A program made the translations under genes and the position numbers. The notes beneath the pieces are model-generated. The model was given only the letters and a program-made list of their open reading frames with translations, ran no database searches and was not told where the DNA came from. DNA of 64,000 nucleotides, taken from positions 416,001-480,000 of the forward strand of contig CAVYGB010000002.1 of assembly GCA_963767925.1 (NCBI GenBank), given 5' to 3'. How positions within the stretch are numbered: position 1 is the stretch's first letter; the number at the start of each line of letters is the position of its first letter. Below are positions 9,461 through 17,375 of this stretch, in pieces. Source of the DNA: an uncultured delta proteobacterium (GTDB lineage: Bacteria > Myxococcota_A > Polyangia > Fen-1088).

Positions 9461-10747
9461 TCAGCCGGCGGCGGCCGACCCGACCGGGGCCACCCCGACG
9501 GGCGCGCGCTCGGCGGCGGCGATGAAGGCCTGGACCTGGGGGTAGACCAGCTCGCGCCAGCGCCGGCCACTGAAGATGCCGTAGTGTCCGGCGCCGCCGA
9601 CGGTGAGGTGCCGCTTGCGCCCCGCCGGCAGGCCGGCGCACAGGACGTGGGCCGCCTCGGTCTGGCCGAGGCCGGAGATGTCGTCCAGCTCGCCCTCGAT
9701 GGTGAACAGCGCGGCGCTCGCGATGGCCTCGGGCGCCACCCGCTCGCCGCCCACCTGCCAGAGCCCGCGCGGCAGCAGGTGCTGCTGGAACACGATGCGG
9801 ACGCAGTCGAGGAAATACTCCGCCGGCATGTCGAGGGCGGCGTTGTATTCGTCGTAAAAGCGGCGGTGCTCGGCGGCGTTCTGGGCCTCGCCCCGCACCA
9901 GGTGCTCGTAAAAGGCGAGGTGGGAGCCGAGGTGGCGGGCGGGGTTCATCGCCATGAAGTTGCCGAGCTGGAGAAAACCGGGGCAGACGCGGCGGCCCCG
10001 GCCGGGGTAAGGCGCCGGCACCTGGTGCAGCAGGTAGCGCTCGAACCAGCTCAGCGGCTGGGTGGTGGCCAGCCGGTTTACCTCGGTCGGGCTGAACCGG
10101 GTGTCGAGGGGCCCGCCCATCAGGGTCAGGCTGCGCGGCTCGCGCTCGCCGGCCGCCGCGATCAGCGACGCCGCCGCCAGCGCCGGGACCGCCGCCTGAC
10201 AGACCGCCAGGAGGTGCAGGCGCTCCGGGCCGATGTGGCGGATGAACGTCCGCAGGTAGCCGACATAGTCCTCGAGCGAGAAGCCGCCCCGATCGGTCGG
10301 CACCAGGCGCGCGTCGGTCCAGTCGGTGACATACACCTGATGGCCGCCGAGCAGGCTGCGCACGGTGTCGCGCAGCAGGGTGGCGTGATGGCCCGACAAG
10401 GGCGCCACCACCAGCACCACCGGATCGCGGGCCAGCGCCCCCACCACCTCCGCCCGGTCGGCGAAGCGCTGGAACCGCTGCAGGCGGCAAAACGGCAAGT
10501 CGAGCACCGTCTGCTCGACCACCGCCACCTCGGCGCCGTGGGCCTGCACCGACGGGATGCCGAAGGTCGGCTTGTCGTAACGTTTGCCGAGCCGATAGAG
10601 CAGCTCGTAACCGGCCGCTACCTGCGCTGCGCCAGGGAGCTGGGAGAGCCAGCTCTCCGGGGCCGAGAAGATGTTGGCGCCGGCCCGGGCCAGATCCAGC
10701 CCCGGTCCGACGAAAGCGCGGTTGAGCTCGTGAAGCGCGTACAACAC
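9461..10747 (-). CDS. phaZ: Intracellular polyhydroxyalkanoate depolymerase
   Basis: MLYALHE-type start (GTG), VAPLSGHHATLLRDTV, AVCQ catalytic Cys box, TIEGELDDISG, GHYGIFSGRRW. Confidence 0.95.
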   Translation of the reverse strand: MLYALHELNRAFVGPGLDLARAGANIFSAPESWLSQLPGAAQVAAGYELLYRLGKRYDKPTFGIPSVQAHGAEVAVVEQTVLDLPFCRLQRFQRFADRAEVVGALARDPVVLVVAPLSGHHATLLRDTVRSLLGGHQVYVTDWTDARLVPTDRGGFSLEDYVGYLRTFIRHIGPERLHLLAVCQAAVPALAAASLIAAAGEREPRSLTLMGGPLDTRFSPTEVNRLATTQPLSWFERYLLHQVPAPYPGRGRRVCPGFLQLGNFMAMNPARHLGSHLAFYEHLVRGEAQNAAEHRRFYDEYNAALDMPAEYFLDCVRIVFQQHLLPRGLWQVGGERVAPEAIASAALFTIEGELDDISGLGQTEAAHVLCAGLPAGRKRHLTVGGAGHYGIFSGRRWRELVYPQVQAFIAAAERAPVGVAPVGSAAAG

Positions 10748-10788
10748 CTCGCTGACCCCCTGTCGCGTCCACAACGCGACAAGCGGGT

Positions 10789-10853
10789 ATCATACCAGCT
10801 TCACATCCGGTCTCGACAGCAATCCCTGTCGCTCACTGCGCTGTCGGTCACTG
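10789..10853 (-). promoter_or_regulatory. Putative internal phaZ promoter with repeated operator-like motif
   Basis: Extended -10 TGGTATGAT (10789-10797); direct repeat CTGTCG(C/G)TCACTG at 10826-10838 and 10841-10853; inverted CGACAG at 10814-10819. Confidence 0.4.
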
Positions 10854-10887
10854 AAACGGTCCTTCGGTTGTGTCCCTCGTGCCGTTC

Positions 10888-11685
10888 CTACTGTGCGGTC
10901 CAGCCTCCATCCACCACGATGGTCTGTCCGGTGATGTTGCGGGCGGCGGGCGAGAGCAGGAAGGCGGTGATGCCGGCCAGCTCGTCGAGTCCGATGAACA
11001 CGCCTTTCGGCATCGGGGCGAGCATGACCGTGCGGATCACCTCCCCTTCGGGCAGCCCGCGCACCCGCGCCTGGTCGGCGATCTGCCGGTCGACCAGCGG
11101 CGTCTTCACGTAGCTCGGGCAGATGGTGTTGATGGTGACGTCGGTGTCGGCGGTCTCGAGGGCGAGGGCCCGGGTCAAGCCCACCAGCCCGTGTTTGGCC
11201 GCCACGTAGGCGCTCTTGAAGGGGCTGGCCACCAGGGCGTGGATGCTCCCCATGTTCACGATCCGGCCGAAGCCCTGCCGGCGCATGCCGGGCAGGGCCG
11301 CCCGGGTCAGGCGGGCCACCCCGATCAACATCACCTGGATCAGCAGCTCCCAGCGAGCCGGCGGAAACTCCTCCAGCGGCGCGACATGTTGCAGGCCGGC
11401 GTTGTTCACCAGCACCTCGATCGGCCGCCCGAGCCGGGTCAGCGCGGCCGCGACGCTGGCGTCCGAGGTCACGTCCAGCACCAGCGCCTCGGCCGCCCCG
11501 CCCGCCTGGCGGATCCCGGCCGCCACCCCCTCGACCGCGCCGCGCTCGAGATCGCTCACCACCACCGCGTGGCCGGCCGCCGCCAGCTCCCGGGCCAGGC
11601 CGGCGCCGATGCCGCTGGCGGCGCCGGTGATCAGGATGTGGCGGGCGTCGGCGCGGGACCCGGCCCCCGGGGGTGAAGGACCCAT
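10888..11685 (-). CDS. bdhA: D-3-hydroxybutyrate dehydrogenase (SDR)
   Basis: TGAASGIG, NNAGLQHVAPLEEFP, SIHALVASPFKSAYVAAKHG, DGGWTAQ. Confidence 0.92.
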   Translation of the reverse strand: MGPSPPGAGSRADARHILITGAASGIGAGLARELAAAGHAVVVSDLERGAVEGVAAGIRQAGGAAEALVLDVTSDASVAAALTRLGRPIEVLVNNAGLQHVAPLEEFPPARWELLIQVMLIGVARLTRAALPGMRRQGFGRIVNMGSIHALVASPFKSAYVAAKHGLVGLTRALALETADTDVTINTICPSYVKTPLVDRQIADQARVRGLPEGEVIRTVMLAPMPKGVFIGLDELAGITAFLLSPAARNITGQTIVVDGGWTAQ

Positions 11686-11696
11686 CGCGGCGCCCG

Positions 11697-12686
11697 CTAC
11701 CAGTCGAGCAGGGCCGCGCCCCAGGAGAGGCCGCCCCCGAACCCGCACAACATGACCCGCGAGCCCCGCTGCAGCCGCCCGCTCTCCCGGGCCCGGGCCA
11801 GGGTCAGCGGGATGCTGGCGGCGGCGGTGTTGCCGTAGGTCTCGACGGTCGTCACCGTCCGTTCCATCGGCAGCTCGAGCGACTTCATCATCGCCTCGAT
11901 CATCCGCAGGTTGCTCTGGTGCAGCACCACCAGGTCGAGGTCGTCCGGCTCGAGCTGGTGCTCGTGCAGCAGCGCCCGGATGGTGCGGGGGACGGTGGTG
12001 ACGGCGAAGTCCCAGACCTTGGGCCCGTCCATCATGAAGGTGTTGAGGCGCCGGGCCAGCACGTCGGCGTCGACCGGCTGGCGGGTGCCGCCGGCCGGCA
12101 CCTGGATGCAGCGGCTGCCCCGGCCGTCGCTGCCCAGCCGGAAGTGGATGCGCCGGTCGTGCTCCTCGGTCTGCGACAGCAACACCGCCCCCGCCCCGTC
12201 GCCGAAGAAGATGCAGGTGCGCCGGTCGTTCCAGTTGAGCACCTTGGTGAAGGCGTCGGTGCCGATGACCAGCGTGTTGCGAAACTGCTCGGGCGCCGCC
12301 AGCATCATGCTCTGGGCCACGTCGAGGGCGAACACGAACCCGGCGCAGACCGAGTTGACGTCGAAGGCCGGGCACTGCCGCTCGCCCAGCCCCAGCTTCT
12401 CCTGGATCAGGCAGGCCACCGCCGGCTGCGACTGATCGGGCGTCGCGCAGGCCACCACGATGAGGTCGACCTCCGACCGATCGAGGCCACCCTGGCTCAG
12501 GCAGCGCAGCGCCGCCTGGCAGCCCATGTCGCTGGGGGCCTCACCGGGCGCGGAGATCCGCCGCTCCTCGATCCCGGTCTTGGTGAGAATCCAGTCGTGC
12601 GAGGTGTCGACCTGGCGGGCCAGCTCCTCGTTGCTCATCGTCCTGCTGGGTACGTAGGCCCCCACGCCGGCCACTCGAATGCCCAT
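11697..12686 (-). CDS. KAS III (FabH-family) condensing enzyme; candidate NphT7-like acetoacetyl-CoA synthase
   Basis: Cys-His-Asn triad in FDVNSVC, LHQSN, YGNTAAAS; also TPDQSQP and VPAGGTRQP; lies inside the PHA cluster. Confidence 0.9.
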   Translation of the reverse strand: MGIRVAGVGAYVPSRTMSNEELARQVDTSHDWILTKTGIEERRISAPGEAPSDMGCQAALRCLSQGGLDRSEVDLIVVACATPDQSQPAVACLIQEKLGLGERQCPAFDVNSVCAGFVFALDVAQSMMLAAPEQFRNTLVIGTDAFTKVLNWNDRRTCIFFGDGAGAVLLSQTEEHDRRIHFRLGSDGRGSRCIQVPAGGTRQPVDADVLARRLNTFMMDGPKVWDFAVTTVPRTIRALLHEHQLEPDDLDLVVLHQSNLRMIEAMMKSLELPMERTVTTVETYGNTAAASIPLTLARARESGRLQRGSRVMLCGFGGGLSWGAALLDW

Positions 12687-12700
12687 GGTCAACGCGCCTT

Positions 12701-13708
12701 TCAATCCCGCAGCGACGGTTGCGCCTGCTCCCAGAGCAGGGCCCCGCCCATCCGGACCTCCCGCTCGCGCAGGAACCAGCGGCACTTGGTCCGCCCGTAT
12801 TCGCGCAGCTCCTCCAGCATCTCGGGGCGGCGATCCAGCTTCGACCGGTAGTTCAGCTCGCGATCGAGGGCGATGCGCGAGACCTGGATGGGGTGGAAGC
12901 GGGGATCGTTGATCCGCCCCTGGGCGATGGCCCGGTTGATCTCGTCGATGAAACGCAGCTCCTGCTCCATCGACAGGTTGCCGGCCAGGGCGTTGCGGCG
13001 GTCGAGGATCTCGTGGGTCTCGGTGGGGATGCGGGGGCAGGTGCTCGAGTTGATCTGGATCAGCCACAGCTCGTCGAGCTGGTGCTCGATGAGGTCGTGG
13101 ATCGGCGGGTTCTGGGAGAAGAGGCCGTCCCAGAACACGCCCCGCCCCGGCACGTGGACCGCCCGGAACAGCTCCGGCACGGCGGCCGAGGCCAGCAGGC
13201 TCTCGACGCACAGGTCCTCGCCGGTGAAGATCTCGAAGTGCCCGCTCAGGACCTCGACCGCGCCGATCTGGAGGATGGGAGCGCCCGGCTGGCGGGCCAG
13301 CCGGCGCAGCTCCTCGAAGTCGAAGTGTTGCTCGAGGATGGCCCGGAAGCGCTCCTCCCCCAGGGGCGGCAGGTGGTAGGGGCTCACCTCGGGCAAGATC
13401 ATGAGGTCGCGCAGGCCCATGATCCCCATCAGGGTCTGGTTGAGGATCCGGTCCCCCATCTCCCGGGCCGAGACCGCCTGCCAGAAGGCCTGCAGCTTCT
13501 GGACCGCCCGCTGGGGATCGCCCCGCAGCAGGCCGTCCCAGGCCAGGGCGGCGCACATCGCCCCGCCCGAGGTGCCACTCAGCGCCACCACCTCGACGTC
13601 CTCCGGGAGGTTCGCCAGCAGGTTCTGCAGGACGCCCGCGGTGAAGGCGGTGTGGCTGCCTCCTCCCTGGCAGGCGATCGCTACCCGACTCCGTGTCCCG
13701 TTTGACAT
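12701..13708 (-). CDS. Patatin-like hydrolase, possible PhaZh1-type PHA depolymerase
   Basis: IACQGGGSHTAFTAG (oxyanion loop), GTSGG nucleophile elbow, WDGLFSQNPP. Confidence 0.88.
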   Translation of the reverse strand: MSNGTRSRVAIACQGGGSHTAFTAGVLQNLLANLPEDVEVVALSGTSGGAMCAALAWDGLLRGDPQRAVQKLQAFWQAVSAREMGDRILNQTLMGIMGLRDLMILPEVSPYHLPPLGEERFRAILEQHFDFEELRRLARQPGAPILQIGAVEVLSGHFEIFTGEDLCVESLLASAAVPELFRAVHVPGRGVFWDGLFSQNPPIHDLIEHQLDELWLIQINSSTCPRIPTETHEILDRRNALAGNLSMEQELRFIDEINRAIAQGRINDPRFHPIQVSRIALDRELNYRSKLDRRPEMLEELREYGRTKCRWFLREREVRMGGALLWEQAQPSLRD

Positions 13709-13714
13709 GGCTCT

Positions 13715-14872
13715 CTACTCCGTTCCTGGGTTGGCGTGACCGGACTGGTTTGCGGGGGAGGGTGCGGGGCGGGAGGCGGGCGTGGAGCGCGCGGCCATCC
13801 AGCGCGTCGCCTCGGGCCAGAGCGTGCGCTGGGCCTTGCCCCCGACGATCAGCCCGACGTGCCCGGCGTCGATGGTGAACGAGCGGATGTCGCGGGACCC
13901 GACGAGGGGGCGGATGCCCTCGGTCGAGGCGGGGGCCACCAGGTGGTCGTTGCGGGCGGTGAGCAGCAGCAGGGGGCAGACGATCCGGCTCAGGTCCACC
14001 GCCCGCTCCCCGAGGTGGAGCTGGCCGCGGGTCAGCTCGTTGCCCTGGTAGAGCTTCTTGACGAACTCGCGGAAGGTCTCGCCGGCGACCGGGATGTTGT
14101 CGTTGATCCAGCGCTCCATCGCGAAGAAGCTCGACACCGCCTGCAGGTCGTCCATCTGCTCGTAGAAGGCCAGGTTCTTCTCCAGCATGTTCTGGACCGG
14201 CTTCATGCTCAGGAAGCAGGCCTGGAGGAACCAGGCCGGGCAGTTGCCGTGGGCGTCGACGAAGGCGTCCACGTCGAAGTGCTGGCGGTCGGCCCAGAGC
14301 TGCAGGAGGGACTCGCGCCCGGAGAAATCGATGGGGGCGGCCAGCAGGGTGAGGCTGCAGATCGTCTCGGGGTGGAGCGCCGTGAACAGCGCCGATATCG
14401 TCCCGCCCATGCAGTAGCCCAGCAGGTGCAGGTCGCGGCGGCGGTGGGCCCGCAGGATGAAGTCGACGACCCGCCCGAGAAAGCCGCCCACGTAGTCGGC
14501 CAGCGCGAGGTGGCGGTCGCCGTCGCCCGGCACCCCCCAGTCGATCAGGTAGACGTCGAAGCCCTCGCGCAGGTAGCGGGCGGCCACGCTCTTGTCCGGC
14601 TGCAGGTCGAGGATGTAGGCCCGGTTGATGAGGGCGTAACAGAGCAGCACCGGCTCGGCGTGGGTGGCGGGCGTCTCGCGCCGGTAGCGCAGGAGCTTGA
14701 ACATCGGCTCCTCCAGCACGACGTCGCGAGGGGTGGTGCCGACCCTCGTGCCCGAAGCCACCTCGACCACCTGGGGGAAGCTGAGCAGCCGCCGCCACAT
14801 GCGCTGCTGCTCGGCGAACATCGCCGCCAGGGGCTCGAAGTCGACCCGCGCCCGTCCCGTTCCCGCGTCCAT
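13715..14872 (-). CDS. phaC: PHA synthase PhaC, class III/IV size (385 aa)
   Basis: GTTPRDVV, YALINRAYILDLQPDKS, lipase box GYCMGG, RNDHL (Asp), AGHVG (His); GGAGGAG RBS. Confidence 0.95.
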   Translation of the reverse strand: MDAGTGRARVDFEPLAAMFAEQQRMWRRLLSFPQVVEVASGTRVGTTPRDVVLEEPMFKLLRYRRETPATHAEPVLLCYALINRAYILDLQPDKSVAARYLREGFDVYLIDWGVPGDGDRHLALADYVGGFLGRVVDFILRAHRRRDLHLLGYCMGGTISALFTALHPETICSLTLLAAPIDFSGRESLLQLWADRQHFDVDAFVDAHGNCPAWFLQACFLSMKPVQNMLEKNLAFYEQMDDLQAVSSFFAMERWINDNIPVAGETFREFVKKLYQGNELTRGQLHLGERAVDLSRIVCPLLLLTARNDHLVAPASTEGIRPLVGSRDIRSFTIDAGHVGLIVGGKAQRTLWPEATRWMAARSTPASRPAPSPANQSGHANPGTE

Positions 14873-14912
14873 GGGGGCTCCTCCGGTTTCCATCTTCTGG
14901 TGGTCCCGGCCT

Positions 14913-15707
14913 TCACATCGCCATGCCGCCGTTGACGTCGAGGACGTGGCCGGTGACGAACCCGGCCGCCGGCGAGGCCAGGTAGAGCACGCTGGCCGCG
15001 ATCTCCTGGGGATCGCCGAGCCGGCCGACCGGCGTCTGATCGAGGACCGATTGCAGGGCGGCCTCGGGGACACCCTCCAGCATGCGGGTCTTGACGAAGC
15101 CGGGCGCGATCGCGTTGACCGTGACGCCCTTGCGGGCATATTCGCGGGCCAGGGCCTTCGTCAGCCCGATCAGGCCCGCCTTGGCGGCGGCGTAGTTGGT
15201 CTGCCCGAAGTTCCCGATGCGGCCCACGATGCTCGAGATGTTGATGACCCGCCCCCACTTGCGCGCCGCCATCCCGTCGATGAACCGCTTGGTGACGTCG
15301 AAGACGCTGTTGAGGTTGGTGTTGATCACGCTGTCCCAGTCTGGCCGCTCCATCTTGCGGAAGGTGCCGTCGCGGGTGATGCCGGCGTTGTTGACCAGGA
15401 TGTCGATCACCTGAAAGTCGTCGATCACCCGGGTACACATCTTCTCCACCTCGGCCGGGATCCCCACGTCGAAGGGGTAGGCCTTCGCCTGCCTGCCCCC
15501 CTCCCGGATCTCCCGGCAGACCTGCTCGGCCGACTCGGCCCCCAGCGGGCTGGATCCGATGGCGACGTCGGCGCCCGCCGAGGCGAGCATGAGGGCGCAG
15601 GCCCGCCCGATGCCGCGCGAGCCCCCGGTTATGAACACCTTCTTGCCGAGCAGGCTGAAGCCGGGGACGAGGACGCCGCTGCCGGGGACGAGATCGAGAG
15701 ATGTCAT
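14913..15707 (-). CDS. phaB: Acetoacetyl-CoA reductase (PhaB/FabG-type SDR)
   Basis: TGGSRGIG, NNAGITRDGTFRKM, GNFGQTNYAAAKAG, VNGGMAM; directly upstream of phaC. Confidence 0.85.
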   Translation of the reverse strand: MTSLDLVPGSGVLVPGFSLLGKKVFITGGSRGIGRACALMLASAGADVAIGSSPLGAESAEQVCREIREGGRQAKAYPFDVGIPAEVEKMCTRVIDDFQVIDILVNNAGITRDGTFRKMERPDWDSVINTNLNSVFDVTKRFIDGMAARKWGRVINISSIVGRIGNFGQTNYAAAKAGLIGLTKALAREYARKGVTVNAIAPGFVKTRMLEGVPEAALQSVLDQTPVGRLGDPQEIAASVLYLASPAAGFVTGHVLDVNGGMAM

Positions 15708-15997
15708 GGGAGGTTCTCCTGTCCGAGTCGCGCCGGACCGTTGCGGCCGGTCGAGAGGGCCAAAGTTCTGAGGTTCCGTTGCATGAGGTCCAGGAACACC
15801 GGCGACCTCAGGTAGCGATCGGAGGCGCGGGTCACCTCGGCCAGCCAGGGGACGCGCTGGCGGCGGGAATCGGCGAGCAGAGCCGCCGCCGCCAGCAGGC
15901 CGCCGCCGCCGACCGCCCCCATCTGCTGGCACAGGCGCAACCACTGCTCGGTGAGGGCGACGAGCGGATGGGGGGGGGTGGGTGCGGGGGGAATCAC
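15704..15997 (-). CDS. Small protein (97 aa), PhaE-like segment
   Basis: GTG start with GGAGAG RBS; stop overlaps phaB start (ATGA); contains WLAEVTRASDRYLRSPVFLDLMQRNL. Confidence 0.55.
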   Translation of the reverse strand: MIPPAPTPPHPLVALTEQWLRLCQQMGAVGGGGLLAAAALLADSRRQRVPWLAEVTRASDRYLRSPVFLDLMQRNLRTLALSTGRNGPARLGQENLP

Positions 15998-16028
15998 GGG
16001 GACTCTCCGGCGGGCGTCGGCGGTTCCG

Positions 16029-16460
16029 TCAGGAGACCTCGGTGGCCGACTCGGACTGGGCCTTCTGGACCATCTCCGCGGTCCGCTCCGACCACTTCTG
16101 GAACTCGCGGAACTGCGTCTCGGACTGCTGCTTGAACGTCTCGAACAGCTTGCGCCCGAGGTCTTCGGCCACCTTGCGGTAGTCCTCGGGGGACTTGGCC
16201 TCCGAGACCCGGAAGGTCTGCTCGACCGCCTGGATGGCCGACTTGTAGGCGTTGTCCAGCGAGGTCCGGTGGTCATTGAGCATCTCGAGGGTCAGATCGA
16301 CCCAGCGCTTCTGCAGATCGCGGGCCCACTCGGTCGAGGCGCCGGTGGCGCTGGTGGGCGCGGCCTGCCACTGCTGGGTCCATTGCTTGAAGACGTCCTG
16401 CTGCATCTGCAGGGAGGACTCGGATGCCTTGCGAAAGCTCTCGAAGATCTGATCGAACAT
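16029..16460 (-). CDS. Amphipathic helical protein (143 aa), phasin/PhaE-like
   Basis: Gln/Glu/Lys-rich all-helical sequence (MFDQIFESFRKASESSLQMQQDVFKQW...), first gene of the PHA cluster, GGAGGA RBS. Confidence 0.7.
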   Translation of the reverse strand: MFDQIFESFRKASESSLQMQQDVFKQWTQQWQAAPTSATGASTEWARDLQKRWVDLTLEMLNDHRTSLDNAYKSAIQAVEQTFRVSEAKSPEDYRKVAEDLGRKLFETFKQQSETQFREFQKWSERTAEMVQKAQSESATEVS

Positions 16461-16752
16461 GGTCTTCCTCCGTTTCCTTGGTGCGGACGTCGGGCCGCTG
16501 GCCCGGGTCTGCGTCGCCGGGCGTGGCTGCGCCCATCTCTGACGATCGACTGGGCCGATGCGCGAGGGGGTGAAGCTCCGGACCCTCGCGTTCCCTTCGT
16601 TCTGGCGACGACAGTGTATGGTCGGCCGCGCTCGCGGAAACATCCGGCAACTGTCTGATTCGAGCCGCGGCGACGGCGGCTCGGGGTGGGGACGGACAGA
16701 AGGGCGCTCATCGCGGCCCGCGCGGACGGGGACGGGACGGACGGGACGAAGG

Positions 16753-17253
16753 TCAGGGGGAGAGAGAGATCGTCCTGGCCAGGAGGGTGTTCAGATTTTT
16801 CCAGGAGCGTTTCCAGGCGGTGCGGCTGGCTTCGCGGTCCATGGTCGTCATGAGCTGATCCTGGCGGAGGGTGATCTCGGTGGAGTGGGGGGCGGTCGAG
16901 CGGAAGTCGAGGGAGAGCAGGGTTGGATGGCGATCCGACTTGCCGTTGCGCTCGCGGACCCAGGTCTGCACCAGGCGCTGGTCGGGCAGGATCTCGACGT
17001 ATTCGCCACTGGTGATGGTCTGGCCTCCGAGGAGGCGGCGGACGACGAGGCGGTGGTGGCCGCCGACCCGCAGGTCGGCGCTGGCCTCGACGACCTTGCT
17101 GGGCCAGGGCGCCAGCCAGCGGCGCAGCAGGGCGGGGTCGGTCCAGGCGGCGAAGACCGCGGTCACCGGGGCGGCGAAGGTCTGTACCAGGTGGATCGAG
17201 GTGGAGGGAGGGCTGGGGGCTTCGCTGCCGGGCACGTTCGACTGGAACTTCAT
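16753..17253 (-). CDS. SRPBCC/AHSA1 domain protein
   Basis: APVTAVFAAWTDPALLRRW, DLRVGG, GEYVEILPDQRLVQTW; GGAGGAGG RBS. Confidence 0.88.
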   Translation of the reverse strand: MKFQSNVPGSEAPSPPSTSIHLVQTFAAPVTAVFAAWTDPALLRRWLAPWPSKVVEASADLRVGGHHRLVVRRLLGGQTITSGEYVEILPDQRLVQTWVRERNGKSDRHPTLLSLDFRSTAPHSTEITLRQDQLMTTMDREASRTAWKRSWKNLNTLLARTISLSP

Positions 17254-17375
17254 GTGTCCTCCTCCTCGATCGGGGTGTGGGCGACAGTCAACCATCTGCT
17301 CGGTCATTCTTCGATCGCCGACGCGGCGGCGCCGTTGATCCGGGGGAACGCGTGTGACAGACAAGAGGGCTCTCC

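Noticed and set aside
11697..14798. 1033-aa ORF as a giant FabH fusion
   Set aside because: The upstream part is an off-frame, Arg/Pro/Gly-rich shadow of phaC and the patatin; the real gene starts at 12686.
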